Positions 21,267 to 33,920 of a stretch of 64,000 nucleotides of DNA are shown here, piece by piece (positions within the stretch are counted from its first letter, which is position 1; every line of letters starts with the position of its first letter). Source of the DNA: Basidiobolus meristosporus CBS 931.73 (lineage: Eukaryota > Fungi > Basidiobolomycota); the NCBI GenBank assembly GCA_002104905.1, contig MCFE01000009.1, positions 62,001-126,000 on the forward strand. The letters are read 5' to 3'. Position numbers and translations under genes: made by a program. The notes below the pieces were generated by a model that saw nothing but the letters and a program-made list of their open reading frames with translations, had not been told where the DNA came from and did no database searches.

Positions 21267-22593
21267 TAGTTGGACTCTTTTGGTCATAACTCCTTAAGTA
21301 CTACTTCAAATGAGCTGTAATTTGAAACATGTGTTGGCTACTACGTGTTCTGTATGACATAATATTCTTGGGTGGATTGCTTGTCAGGGTCTGGAGCATT
21401 TACTCTTCAAAGTTGGAAATTCTTGATCTTTCTCTTGTGTATTACAATAGCAAAAAGCAAAATAAAGAAATGAGTGCAATATTGGTTTAGAGATACTGTA
21501 GTAATGGAATACTTTCCATTACCACAGAAGCACTCAGACAAAGTAGTAGTCAAAGACCTGGCAGTGATAAAGGAAAAGGTAGAGGGAAAAATTTCTACCT
21601 AAGCCTGAGACAGGGAGGCATGCAAAAAAAACTGCAGTTCTTGCCAATTAATGCTGCAAGCCAGGAACAGACTGAATGCCATCACAGCCAAGAATAGTTA
21701 CTAACAAGAAAACAGCTGTTTTCAGAAGAGTTGGAATTGCCGCCAGTTGAGCTACCCTCCAGCAAGGTAGATGAGTTTGCTGAAAAAGGCGGTTCATCTA
21801 CCACAGCCTCCATTATTGACAGAATGGAGGTCCCACTGACAGACAAGGCTACCACATCAACAGCGCAAAAGACTATAACAATGCCTTCAGTGGAGTTTTA
21901 GAACATTAATAGGCACACCAAGAGGTTGCAACACTTCTTCAAGAGCAGCGCTCAAGAAAAAGCACTGGAATATTGCAAGGATTTATTGCAAAGCCTGGCA
22001 GATGCGGAGCTAGACCTTGCAGTGCCAGATGAAGACCAGAATGTGTGGGAACCAGTGAATGAACAGTGGTGTAAAGCCATTGGGTTCCTGCCAAAGTTGT
22101 GGAATCAGTGCATTACAGCAGAAATACTTATTGAGTAGTGGATTTCAATGGAGTTACTTGTTGAGTGTGGGGTTGGGCTTAATGTTAGTGTAGGGTATGG
22201 AGCTTTGTATAGGTCAATACAATTGGCAAATGAGGTACAACTGAAGTTTTTATGGAAATAAATCAATTTGTATGCGTGAAAAGTAAGAGAAACGGTTGAG
22301 TCAGGAAATAAGGAGTGTAAAAGAGAGGCAATAGCCAATCAATTCACACAAATGTAGGAGGCAATAGAGTGTCTGGGATCAGAAAGTAAGCAAATTGGCA
22401 GTGAACCAATCAAAAATCACTTATACATTGTGGTGATGAGAAATTTTGCCCAGGTTTTTTATAAAATCTAGGGTGCAATTATTTTTTAACGGCCTATGGA
22501 CAGTGTCCCAACAAGATCAGTACCTTTTAGTCACCGGACTTTAACTTTATGATGGCCTTTTGAAGGGATCAACTCAATAATTTTTTGTAGGGA

Positions 22594-23845
22594 GTACTTC
22601 TCATGGGCTCCAATCCATATTCATACCCATATGCAATAGTGCAAATACAAGAACTGGATGAACTCTATGTATATTAATTCAAATGACCCTCTGAAACCAC
22701 TTCTACCAAGAGTACATTGGAAGCATTGGAAGTCATTTGTTGGCATAGTTGAAAAATATATCCAGAGTTGGACTTCCACTACCAAACTGACACTTCAACA
22801 GCCTTTATATTAGAAGTTTGTAATGGGATTTGAGCAGCTATACTACGGGCGTAAAGCTCAATGTGTGGATTGCTACCATCACTGTATCCATTCCCTACTC
22901 CATCTTGCTTAGTGTATGGTAAATATTGGGCCTTGCTTTGCCTTTTGGGTTTCCTATGGAGCAGATATATGGCAAGATTGGAAGACAAGTCAAGTTGCGG
23001 GTACTACTCTATTGCAATTTAATCAAGATTATTACCTTCAAGTCTGTCCTAAATGTGATGAGTTAGCACATGGTGGACAGGCAGCAGGAGTTGTAAATTA
23101 CCAAGGACAGGTCTTCACAATGAAACACTTACACCTTTGGCAGTTAAAAGCTACACAGCCCCAATGTGTGGGTAACTAGTTAATTAATGCAAAGTTGGTT
23201 TGGGTTCAACAAGCAACTAATTTCTACTAAGACCACTTTACCAATCTATGCCAGGTATCTCCTGGTTACAAGTTAATTTCCACACCACTCAATAAAGAAC
23301 TCACATAAACAAGAGCCAGAGTGCACCTATAAGGGGGACTAGAGTTCAGCAGGGAGGAGTAATATATTGATTAAATACCAAGAGGTTTATGGTGGATATT
23401 CAGGAAGTATTTATGGCAAAAGTGGCAGCAACCCAGTATAAGCTTGCAATATGTATATATTACCAGCAATACAAGGTATATTGCAACTTTGCAAGTATCA
23501 CACTAAAAACCCCAAAGTTGAAGTGAATGAAGTGTGTCAATTGGGGCAGGTGTGCAGGTATGGAGAGGGTAGTAAGCTGAAGGCCATAGTTCTTTTTGAT
23601 TCAACCTATAGGTCGACCACCTAAGGTGATAGTGGGTAAGCAATTAAAGAGGGGTGATTCTACAGTGGAATATGTGAGCAGTGCAAGTGGAGGTAGAAAA
23701 AGAAAACACCGTTTGGTAAATTGGTATTGTAGCAGTATACAGAGCTATCTATAGGCCACTATACTGCTACTTAATGCTAGCAGAGATTTGCAATGTGGCC
23801 ATCAGAATACTATGAAGTTTCTTGTCATAAATAGCAATTGGATGT
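22594..23845 (+). pseudogene. CACTA-type transposase relic, 3' half (DUF4218 region onward)
   Basis: Homologous to 925-2170 (aagtacttctc..; catccattccctactccatcttgc; NIGPCFAFW). Confidence 0.75.
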
Positions 23846-24199
23846 ATTGGCCAGCTAGGTCTGCTGAAATAAGTTAAGAGAGCATTAATACTGTTGGAAT
23901 GCCAGGAAGTACTTATCAAAGGACAACAAAAACACTGTCAAGTTTTTTACTTATTTGGCAATATAATCTGCAAGATGCCAACTCATAGGCTAATACTCTA
24001 GAGGCCATTAGAAGTCAAGCATGGTATCATCTGAAGGCCACAATACGCAAAGCCTACCCAAGCTAGATATATTCAACCAAACTAAAAATATGTGGTTCAC
24101 ACCAATTAACATCTTAAGTTCAGAACAGGCTGATTCCCTTCATAGCCACAAAGAATATGCTAAAACAAAAGCTGCTTTCTTAAGAGTTGAAAGTTTAGC

Positions 24200-24900
24200 C
24201 AGTTGATGCACACTCCAGTGAGATAGATGAGCTTGCAGAGAAAGGCAATTTGTCTATCACAATCTCCACATCCTCCATTGTAGACAGAGTGCAGATCACA
24301 CTGATAGACCAATCAACAATGTCATGAACTTGAAAAACTATTGCAATGTCTACTGTCAGCTTGGAGGCAATAATAGGCTCAGCAAAAGGTTGCAGCACTT
24401 CTTCACAAGCAGTTCTTGAGAAAATGCACTCTGATAGAGCAAGAATACATTGCAAAAACTGTCAGATGAGGTGCCAGATCTTGCAGTGCCAGCTAAAGAC
24501 CACAACATATGGAAACCAGTGAAAGGATAATGGCACAAAGCCATGGGGTTCTTGCTAGAGTCATGGAATAAGTGCATTTTGGCTGATATACTTATTGAAT
24601 GGTAGACCATGATGGTGTTGCTTGCTAAGCATGAAGCTGGGCCTAGTAATAGTGCTGGGTATAGTGATTTGTATAGGTCTGTACAACCTGAAAGCAAGCC
24701 CTAGCCAAAGATTGAACAAAGATAAACCAGTTTATGCATGAAAAGTAATAGCATTGTTTCAATTACAGAGTAGGTATTGTGCAAAAGAAGCAATGTTCAA
24801 CCAATGTAGACAAATGTAGGAGGTGATTGAATGTCTTGGATCCACAGTGAGAGAATTGTCAGAATGCTAATCAACAGCCACTTGGGTATTGCTATGATGA
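24200..24900 (+). pseudogene. ORF-U 3' relic
   Basis: Homologous to 21760-22450 (gcaacacttcttc.., gaaccagtgaa..gccatggggttc). Confidence 0.6.
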
Positions 24901-25087
24901 AAAAATCTGATCAAGTTTTTATCAAGTCTGGGATGTAATTTTTTCTCCATGGTCTTTGCATAGTGTCCAAATAGCATCAATACCTCTCACTCACTGGATT
25001 TAAGATTTGTGACAGCTTTTTGACTGGATTATCACATTTATACTTCATTGGGGCTGCTGCAATATGACCAGATTCATAAATCTGACT

Positions 25088-25113
25088 AGACTTGTCCTGA
25101 TGGATGATGCCAT
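25088..25113 (+). repeat. Orphan AGACTTG-type terminal inverted repeat
   Basis: agacttgtcctgatggatgatgccat matches the family terminus agacttgttctgttggatagtgccac at 21 of 26 positions, preceded by ACT; no partner end found. Confidence 0.5.
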
Positions 25114-25699
25114 ATAGTGGCAGCCAGTTTGTAATACCCAGTCAAGGTGGCACCTTATGGTATTACTTTGCACAAGAGTTTTTACAATGATGCCAGCGGT
25201 AGGATTTAGTTATTTGTAATTTTGGTTAATCTGGCTTGGGTTGTTTGGAAGGGTGCTTTTCTAGCTTTATTTGCTCTGCATAATGCTCCAGACACAGGAA
25301 TAGATAAGGAAGCTGGGTGCAAGCAACTCCATATGAAGCTTGTGCTGTTCAGATCAGGTGTGTCTGTTGATGTCTCCACTTTGGGAGCAAAGTGCAATTT
25401 GAATGAATAAAGGCCTGAACTGACTGTTTTATTTTTTCCAGCATCCTGATGCTATCAATACCTCTTAGTTACAATATTTTAACTTTGTGCTGGTCTTTTG
25501 ACAGGATCCTCATACTTCAATTACATTAGAGTAGTGACTGGTAATCATTGGCTGAGGCTTGTGAGACAAAACACTAATAGTAATCCTTGTAATACTTCTT
25601 ATGCCATCTGCATGTTGCTTGAGCAAGAGACTTGTTACATTAGCCACTTGATCTTTTTTCTCTACTTGTACGGTGTTGAAGCAAAAAAGGCTTGTCCAT

Positions 25700-26720
25700 G
25701 GGGCAATTAGTTTGCCACTCAACAACAAAGCCCCATTATATGACTTTTTGAGCAATACTCATGTGAATGTGTGACAGTTTTATACCTGATACATTGCACC
25801 AGCATGATTATGAGATTCAATGCTAACCCACCATATATAGCCTTGTAGTTGAAGCTGTGGTACCACATATATGCATATTTGTACCACCATAACCCTTTAG
25901 CTTGACTCACCTCTATACACATGCTACAAAGAATATATCTCAGTTGGCTAGTTCCCAACCAAACTACACCACACTTAATTGCTAGCTTTGACATTCAGTG
26001 CAACAAGTAGGGCTACAACCAATAAAGACCATATTACAACTTTTAAAGTATTTGAGATGATCCCATCAAAGAGATGTCATGCCAGCCTTACAGTGTTGCC
26101 ATGCTAGAAATCCTACAGCCTCTTTACATTGGTTCATTTGTGAACAAAGCACTGAATAGCTTCTCAGATCTTTCATGTCTTTTTGATATATGGGCTGGGG
26201 TTCATGACTTTGCTGAGCCATTTCACCTATCCTATTAGCCACAGCACCCAATTGTCATACTGATGTGTTAGCATAAGCTGAAAATATATTGCTAGTGCTG
26301 GTGCTGCAAGGCCATGATTGTAATTTGCTGATCTTGCACTGGAGGTATTGCATTTGCCACATTTTCATCTGCATAAGCATCATGGATAACTTCCTGCTTC
26401 ACAGAGATTTCAACTGCACACTTGACTAAGAGCCTGAGGAGTCTGCATTGCTACCTGGTGTGGGCACACTATCATAGTGGTCTTCTTTGAATGAGGCCTT
26501 GCTTATTGAGCTGAATAAACTGACTTTGTCTTACTTTTGGCAGCATTTGAATAGAAGTGAGTCATACATAATGAATTGTAGTGCTACCTAAATGCATATA
26601 TGTGGTGCCACAGCATTAATTATGATGCCCACTTTGACATGTTGTTGCTTAGTCTTATATTCATGCAAGTGCTATGTCTCAGATACAGCACTGCTGTAAG
26701 TTCACACAAGCATTGACAAA
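25700..26720. repeat. Two oppositely oriented relics of the transposase/ORF-U intergenic spacer and ORF-U 5' end
   Basis: 25700-26030 resembles 18750-19090; 26040-26720 resembles the reverse complement of the same region and 5950-6560. Confidence 0.55.
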
Positions 26721-26880
26721 GAGTGATATAATAATGTTATATTGCCAGCAACTTAGCGGTTAGCCCCACAGACATGCTTGCATTGATCAACATCATGACA
26801 GAAGGTCCAAATATTCATGTGGCTATTACAACAAGCCTGCAGACAGTATAGGAAGTATTATAAGTATTGTAGCCAGTGTT

Positions 26881-29745
26881 TGTTGAAATATTGAGCTATT
26901 TGGCATCATTCAGTAGCTAAAAATTTATCTTGCAACTCTGACTGGTCTTGATCACTGTAGAACTATTTTTGCAGCCCTAATTTTGCCACTTCCTATTATA
27001 TTTTTGATTCTGTGTCAATTCCTTCACAGTCAAGATCAAATCAGCACTTTTACCAAACATTATGAACTCACTCTAAAATTGTTAGAGAATGCTCTTGAGT
27101 GCAGAGAAACTATCTTTCTTAGTGTTACAGTTGTATTGCTTCTACTAAAGTACAAATATTGAGCTTCTTTATGAATAAATTACAGCTCAACTATTACCAT
27201 GACATGTAAAGAAGTTTCTTCTATTCAAAACACTTCTTAAATTGCAACAGGTTATGAGCCCTGATTGCCTTAATCTAATCAAAGATGACATCTACCGGTA
27301 AACAGAACAATACAAATATCTTCCCTGTGAAGGAGAGGTGTGATGGAAGGAACTTCAGACTTTCAACTATCACAATGCATATTGACCTTGGGGAAAGTAA
27401 GCTTTAAATATAGTAACAGAAAAGGAAGTTGAGCCCTCAGGAACAGCAGAAGAAGCGGAAAAGTTTCAAGAGATGGAGAAAAAGTCTTTACTGCCATGTG
27501 TATCAATGTGTAAGAATTCTTCATTAGATAAATTCACGCCTCATTACTGCCAAAGCAGCATAGGAACTTGTAGCAACAATCTTTAGAGCAAAGTAAGTAT
27601 CAAGCAAGCTTCATTCCACAAGAAAGTTCTTCAACACGAGGAGGAAGCCAGATGATAACATGCTACAACTCATTACCAGAATGGAAACACTTGCAGAAGA
27701 GCTTTACAGCTGGTATATATGACAAAGAAAAGATACTCTGTCTGCTTTGCAGCTTACAAGACAAGTATCAGCTACTCAATATTTCTTTTGGAAGGCAAGA
27801 CAACAATCTAACACTTGACTACATCAAAGGAGAAATTTTTCATGAAGAGCTCAGACATAATGACCAAGCAGAGCACTTGAAGCTATTGCTTTCTATAGCT
27901 CAGAGAGGCACACAGAAAACATGGGAAAGCAACAGAACCAGAGAAAACCTGGTTGCTCTAACTAATGCAAGGAGCCAGCACACTGGGCAAGAGAATGCAG
28001 GGAGACACAAGCATGTAACAAACAGAAGCTAAAGCAGGCTGAAAATACAATTATAGATGAACAGTTTTTTTTAACTCTACAAGAGAGTGCAAGTAAACAC
28101 AGTAATGCATGGTATATAGAGTCTGAAGCATCAAAGGATATTTGCAGTATACAGGAGTAGCTTAGCAACTTCATTACTTTTCCCCTAAGGGAGGTTTATC
28201 TGGGATGCAACTCTGCACTTGAAGTTACTGCCAGTAGGTCCATAATACTAACATCTTTGCTGCCTACCAGACAAGTATGAGCCACTCATACTTTCTTTTA
28301 ATAGCAGAGAAGACAATCTGATGTTAGACTATGTACACATAAGAGAACAGAAGGCCACAAATCCAAGGAAATCCTGGTTGCTCTAACTACTGTAAAAAGC
28401 CAGGACAATGGGCAAGAGATTGCAAGTAGAAATAAGCCAGCAAAAACAGAAACTGTAGTAGGCAAGCCATATAACTACAGATGAACAGTTGATTGTAACT
28501 ATACAAGAGAGTGCAAGTAACCAAAGTAATGAACAGTATAGTGACTCTGGAGCATCACTGCATATTGATGGTAGACAGGAGTAGTTAAGCAACTTCAATA
28601 CTTATCCCATAAGTAAGGTTTATATGGGAGATAACTCTGAGCTGGAGGCTACTACCTGTGGGTCCATACAACAAAATATGAGTGATATCTCCGGTGCTAC
28701 AACAGCAAAACTAACTGAAATACCCTATGTGCCTCTAATAGCCCATAATCTACTCTCAGTGAGTAAAGCGACTACTCAGGCACTGAGTTTGTTTTTACCT
28801 GATTGAGCTGCTCAATATTGAGTGAAAATGGAGATATGTTAGCTTGGAATCAGAGTTCACAGCCAATACAAGTTACAATGCAAGATCATTATACCTCAGT
28901 AGGTCAACATTGCTAAAACTGATGCAAGTAACTTGGAGATGAGGTATAGAAGGCTAAGACACATTGGGGAATGGAAAATTTGTCAATTGGTGAAAAATCA
29001 ACTTCTTATGGGATTAGGTTACTGAACTCTAGTAAAGCCAAGTGTCTGTAAGGGATGAATTTGTGGCAAACAATCTAGGCCACTTTGCAGGAGCTCAGTA
29101 GGAACTAACACCCCCAGTATACTGGCTATAATTCACTCAGACATATGTGGGCCCTTGAGAACATTGTCCTTCAGAGCCAAGAGATACTATATGACATTTA
29201 TTGAAAACATAACAAGATATATATGGGTATACTTCCTCAACACAGTGGCTTAAGCATAGAGGTGCTTAGGCACTTCAAGAACATGGCAGAAGCACCGACC
29301 AGATTTAATATGAAGGTACTTTGAAGTGATAATGGAGGGGGCAAACACTTGGAGGAGTTCTGAAAGTACCTCTCAACTATTGTTATCCTTCCGCAGACCA
29401 CTGTTCCACATATTGCATGGCAAAATGGGTAGCTGAATGTAGAGATTGGAAGATTTGTGATACACAACAAGAAAATGAAATACAAGCTCTGGGCTGAATC
29501 TGCTTCTACTGTGATATACACTGAAAGTAGATTCTCAACATCAGAACTGTGTGATTCTACAATCATAGAAGCATATATAGGCAGAAAACTAGACTTCCAG
29601 CACCACAGGATATTTGGCAGTCATGTTATCTATTACATCTCTGACAGAAAATGCTCAATGTTCTAGCAAAGAAGTCAAAAAGCAATCTTTCTTTGCCATT
29701 GTAAAAATACCAAGAGCTTATTGACCCAAGGTATGGAAAACTTAT
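26881..29745 (+). mobile_element. Decayed Ty1/Copia family 2 relic: 5' LTR (26881-27249, 369 bp), PBS, gag-protease-integrase fragments
   Basis: TGTTG..CAACA LTR followed directly by GGTTATGAGCCC (27250-27261). Gag-like CSLQDKYQLL..LTLDYIKGEIFHEE; integrase-like DICGPL. Internal diverged tandem duplication of about 0.5 kb. Confidence 0.85.
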
Positions 29746-31124
29746 TCTTATAAACAGCTGAGTTAAGGGCTGTGTAGTCAATGCACATCTTAATTGCTCC
29801 ATCCTCCTTTCATAAACAACACTGGTGCTGCCTAAGGTGGCTTGCGGATCTAGATGTGTCCTTACACCAATGGTTGATCAAGTTGTCTCACCTCCACTTC
29901 CAACTCCAAGGAGCGCATCCTGTAAGATATTTTGCTTACTGAGGGACTATCTCTTGTGTCAATGGCATGATCTACATCTCTGACTAAGGGTAGGCTTACA
30001 AATTCCTCTGAAAACAAATCTTAATACATCTTCAGAAGAGTCAGGACTTGTGGGGGAACTGGGGTCTAGTAGGTAACAGCTCATAGGTCTTATTGTCTGC
30101 CAGGATCTGAGCAGCATGGGGTCTCAATTCAATGGATGGATTACAGGTGTATAACCATTTTTTCTAAGTATTTGGTTATATTGGCAGCTTCCACATATGT
30201 AGGACTGTATATCTTCTTCATGGTCATTGATCTTCATTCTTACTTGTGGAGTGACACAGTTGATTTTATGGGAGATAGTATCAGCTGTTAAGGCCAAAGT
30301 TAACTTTGTAAGTTCCAAGTGGATTCCAGCTGTCTAGGCAAATTGCTCTGATATGTACTTGTGTGATGTTCCTGAGTCAACCATACTCTTTGTAGGTACT
30401 CCATTGATGACTCTACTCATGTACAATAGTTTTCCTGAGTTTAAAGTCCTTTGGATAGGTACTCTTATATCATATTGAAGGAGAGTTCTGAGTCTGCTGA
30501 TAGCTCATCCTCTACTTCAATATCTTCTTGGGTGTAAATACAGTTGAGAATTTGACATCTTGAAGGGGGCACCTTTTTTCTTCAGCAGGAGGATTACCAA
30601 TTAATGCTGCTACCAACGTTACAGGTCTTGTTATAAGAGTAGTTGAGGAATAGTGAGTTTAGCTAGTATATTATTTGCTAAAACATCCACCAATCATTTG
30701 TTATGATCTGCCGCTTGAATGTTTAAGTTAGATCAGTTTTTAGTCAAATCAGTTAGTATATGTTTAGGTTATCAGTACATCAGTATTATCTATGAAATCA
30801 GTAGCATTAGTCAGCAAATGAATCAGCAGATCCTTATCAGACAGAAATAGATATATTAAGTAGGATCTTATTGGGTGATGATGATGCAATCAAATGAGTC
30901 ATCAGCCACAACCTACATTAGGAAATACAATTAGTCAGCAATTGATCTGGCAAAATGTATATAAGGAGCTGCTGGAACCTCAATAAAAATCAGTTCAAGT
31001 TTTAGTGAATACAATACTAGCTAAACTCCCTATTCCTCTACAACTCTTATACCAAGACTTGTAACATTGGTAGCAGCGATAACCAGAAACCTCCCTCCTG
31101 AAGAAAGAAGAAACCACCCTCAAG

Positions 31125-33920
31125 ATGTCGGACAATCAAGAATGGAAGAATGCCATGCAGCAAATCCTGGCCCAACAGCAACAGCTACTCCAGATCCTCA
31201 GCCAACAGCAACAAGGAATGACTACCATGGCTCAGAGCCAGCAAAGCCCTGTCAAGAGCAACTTTAGTGTGAAGGTCAACCGGTACCATGGCAGAGTCAA
31301 TGAAAACCTGGGAACTTGGCTCTTTCAGATTGAAGAAGCTTTTAAAGCTAAAGGAATTGCTCCAGAGAGCAAGTTGCATTATGCAGCTTCTTACCTGGCA
31401 GATGCAGCTTTACAGTGGTACCACAACAAGATCAGGTCAGCTACTATGATGGGATGCTCTACAATCTCTACCTGGGATGAGTTTGTGTCGGAAATTCAGG
31501 ATGCTTTTGAACCTCCACACCAGCAGACACTACTAAGAAGGAAGTTAAAGACACTCAGACAGAAAGGAATGGTGCAAGAATACATCTATGAGTACAGATG
31601 TCTACTTGGACAAATTGAAAGAATGGACCCCTTGGATCAAGTTGAATACTTTATTGATGGGTTGAAAGAAAGAACTCGCAAGGAAGTCAATTACCGAAGA
31701 CCTCAGACTATTGAAGAAGCCATCAAGATTGCCATTGACTATGACTCAGCTATGTTTGGAGTTGGGAAGCCTACAGTGACTAGTCAGAAAGGCTATAATC
31801 ATTATGAAAGAAGACAATCAGAAGCAGTACCAATGGAAATAGACGCTATGCAGAAGAATCCCTCCCCAGAAGAATGCAAGAAGAGAGGACTTTGCTTCAA
31901 TTGCCACCAGCAGGGACATATTGCAAAGTACTGCCCTCAGAGAAGAAATGGACACCAGCCAACAAGAACCTTCAACCATATTGAGTCCCATGAACACAAT
32001 AATGAGGAAGATGAGCTTGAAGAAGACTCGGAACTCACCTTCCATATGACAGAAGAGTACTTGTCCCAAATGACTTCAAACTCAGGGAAGTTATTGTACC
32101 TGAATGGAGCAATCAATGGAGTACCTGCCAAGATCATGATTGACTCAGGAGCATCGCATGAGTACATGTCAGAGCAATTTGCTTTGAAAGCTGGAATCAA
32201 CTCGGAACCTACCAAATCAACTTCAGTCTCCACAGCTGATGGGAACTCCCACATAATCAACCGTATTACCCAGCCAGTAAGAATGAAGATCAATGACTAT
32301 GAAGAAGACCTACAGGCTTATATATTTGGGAACTGCAAGTTTGACCTTGTACTTGGGAAAACCTGGCTATTTTGTCGTAATCCATCAATCAACTGGAGAA
32401 CCCATGCTACTCAGATCCAAAAAGACAACAAGACCTATGAGCTATTACCTGCCAGGCTGGATTTCAACTTGGTCAATTCCAGTGTGTGTGAGACAAGTGA
32501 ACTTAGCAAGACCCAGTTCTGTAGAGCACTTAGAAAAGGTACCCAGATGTTCCTCATGGCGGTATTACAGGAGGATTCCTCTATCCCAGCACCCCAGCAG
32601 GTCCAGACTCTCATGAAGAAATATTCAGACGTGTTTCCAGATGAGCTTGTAAGCCTACCACCAGTCAGAGATGTGGATCATGCCATTGACACAGGAGATA
32701 GCCCTCCAGTGAGCAAGACACCTTACAGAATGAGTCCATTGGAATTGGAGGAAATGAAGAAACAAATTGATCAGCTATTGGAGCAAGGATACATCAGGCC
32801 CAGCAAGTCACCTTGGGGAGCACCAGTGCTTTTTGTGAAAAAGAAGGATGGAACACTTAGGATGTGCATTGACTACAGAGCCCTGAACTCAGTTACTGTC
32901 AAAAATAAGTACCCCATACCTCGGATTGATGAGCTTTTGGACCAACTTAATGGAGCCACTATTTTCAGCAAGATCGACCTCATGTCAGGATACAACCAGA
33001 TTAGGGTGAAACCAGAAGATATCCCTAAGACAGCATTCAGGACCAGATATGGACATTACGAGTACTTAGTCATGAGTTTTGGCCTCACTAATGCCCCTGC
33101 AACATTCATGACGCTGATGCAGACTGTCTTTCAGGAGTACTTAGACAAGTTTGTGATAATCTACCTGGATGACATATTGATATACAGCAAGACAGAAAAG
33201 GATCACATGGTGCACATCAAAAAGGTCTTGAAGAAACTAAGAGAGAACAAGCTATACGGCAAGCTAGCCAAGTGTGAATTCTTCAAGGAACACGTAGAAT
33301 ATCTGGGACACATAGTGACTAGCACAGGAGTAACCTTAGACCCCAAGAAGGTGGAAGTAATCAAGAATTTGAAGCAGCCCCATAGCATATCAGAACTCAG
33401 ATCCTTCCTTGGAATGGTTTCCTATTATCAGAGATTTGTCAAGTCATTTGCAAGTATTGCAGCCCCTTTAACTGATATCCTCAAGAAAGACAATACCTAC
33501 AAGTGGGACATAGCTTGTGAGACTGCCTTCCAGACACTAAAGAATGAATTTGCTAAGCTGCCAAGCTTAAGAATACCAGACTTCAGAAAAGAGTTCACTC
33601 TGTGCACAGATGCTTCAGATTATGCAATTGGTGGAGTGCTGAGCCAAGAACACGAGGGAAAGGACTACCCTGTTGCCTTTGAATCCAAGAAACTGAACTC
33701 AGCAGAACAAAACTATCCAGTTCATGAGAAGGAGATGCTTGCTATAATACACTGTTTGAAGACATGGAGATGCTATATTGAAGGAGTCAAATGCACTGTG
33801 AAGACTGATCATGCCTCCCTCAAGTATATATTTACTCAGAAGGTACTCTCTAGAAGAATGACAAGATGGAGTGAATACATTCAGCAATTTGACCTGGAGA
33901 TTGTCTACTGTCCTGGATAA
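31125..33920 (+). CDS. Gypsy-2 gag-protease-RT-RNase H polyprotein
   Basis: Retrotransposon gag (WDEFVSEI..F), [14 protein letters not shown] zinc knuckle, MIDSGAS protease, [16 protein letters not shown] RNase H; ends at a premature TAA. Confidence 0.92.
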   Translation: MSDNQEWKNAMQQILAQQQQLLQILSQQQQGMTTMAQSQQSPVKSNFSVKVNRYHGRVNENLGTWLFQIEEAFKAKGIAPESKLHYAASYLADAALQWYHNKIRSATMMGCSTISTWDEFVSEIQDAFEPPHQQTLLRRKLKTLRQKGMVQEYIYEYRCLLGQIERMDPLDQVEYFIDGLKERTRKEVNYRRPQTIEEAIKIAIDYDSAMFGVGKPTVTSQKGYNHYERRQSEAVPMEIDAMQKNPSPEECKKRGLCFNCHQQGHIAKYCPQRRNGHQPTRTFNHIESHEHNNEEDELEEDSELTFHMTEEYLSQMTSNSGKLLYLNGAINGVPAKIMIDSGASHEYMSEQFALKAGINSEPTKSTSVSTADGNSHIINRITQPVRMKINDYEEDLQAYIFGNCKFDLVLGKTWLFCRNPSINWRTHATQIQKDNKTYELLPARLDFNLVNSSVCETSELSKTQFCRALRKGTQMFLMAVLQEDSSIPAPQQVQTLMKKYSDVFPDELVSLPPVRDVDHAIDTGDSPPVSKTPYRMSPLELEEMKKQIDQLLEQGYIRPSKSPWGAPVLFVKKKDGTLRMCIDYRALNSVTVKNKYPIPRIDELLDQLNGATIFSKIDLMSGYNQIRVKPEDIPKTAFRTRYGHYEYLVMSFGLTNAPATFMTLMQTVFQEYLDKFVIIYLDDILIYSKTEKDHMVHIKKVLKKLRENKLYGKLAKCEFFKEHVEYLGHIVTSTGVTLDPKKVEVIKNLKQPHSISELRSFLGMVSYYQRFVKSFASIAAPLTDILKKDNTYKWDIACETAFQTLKNEFAKLPSLRIPDFRKEFTLCTDASDYAIGGVLSQEHEGKDYPVAFESKKLNSAEQNYPVHEKEMLAIIHCLKTWRCYIEGVKCTVKTDHASLKYIFTQKVLSRRMTRWSEYIQQFDLEIVYCPG

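Larger units (their letters stand above)
20284..21526 (+). mobile_element. Solo LTR of a third, otherwise absent LTR family (1243 bp)
   Basis: TGTTGT..ACCACA termini, 4-bp TSD GAAG (20280-20283 / 21527-21530), and the host ORF-U sequence rejoins across it. Internal repeat array, CCAAT, TATA and AATAAA (21461) lie in U3-R-U5 order. Confidence 0.8.
19200..22400 (+). pseudogene. ORF-U relic (divergent partner of the transposase), split by a 1243-bp solo LTR
   Basis: Peptides MANAVPSIEDQQ.., EEWTNIQEVIRSLAHHHLKAGIPWDHQ.., RHTKRLQHFFKSSAQEKALEYC.. recur at 2180-2720, 24200-24900, 37420-38400, 57370-59340 and 62770-63440. Flanks of the 20284-21526 insert rejoin to tacaa-gaag-cac as in the reverse complement of 38290. 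Confidence 0.7.

Noticed and set aside
22100-22260. SWIM zinc finger (MULE-like) in an alternative frame
   Set aside because: Needs many stops to be reverted and lacks the C-x-H end; the homologous copy near 37600-37750 is open in the other frame.
22490-22510. CAGTG/TAGTG (also near 24961) as the right CACTA terminus
   Set aside because: Homology between the two copies continues well beyond the motif, so it is not an element end.
33918-33920. Programmed read-through between RNase H and integrase
   Set aside because: The paralogous copy has AAA (Lys) at this codon, so it is a mutation or error rather than a conserved signal.
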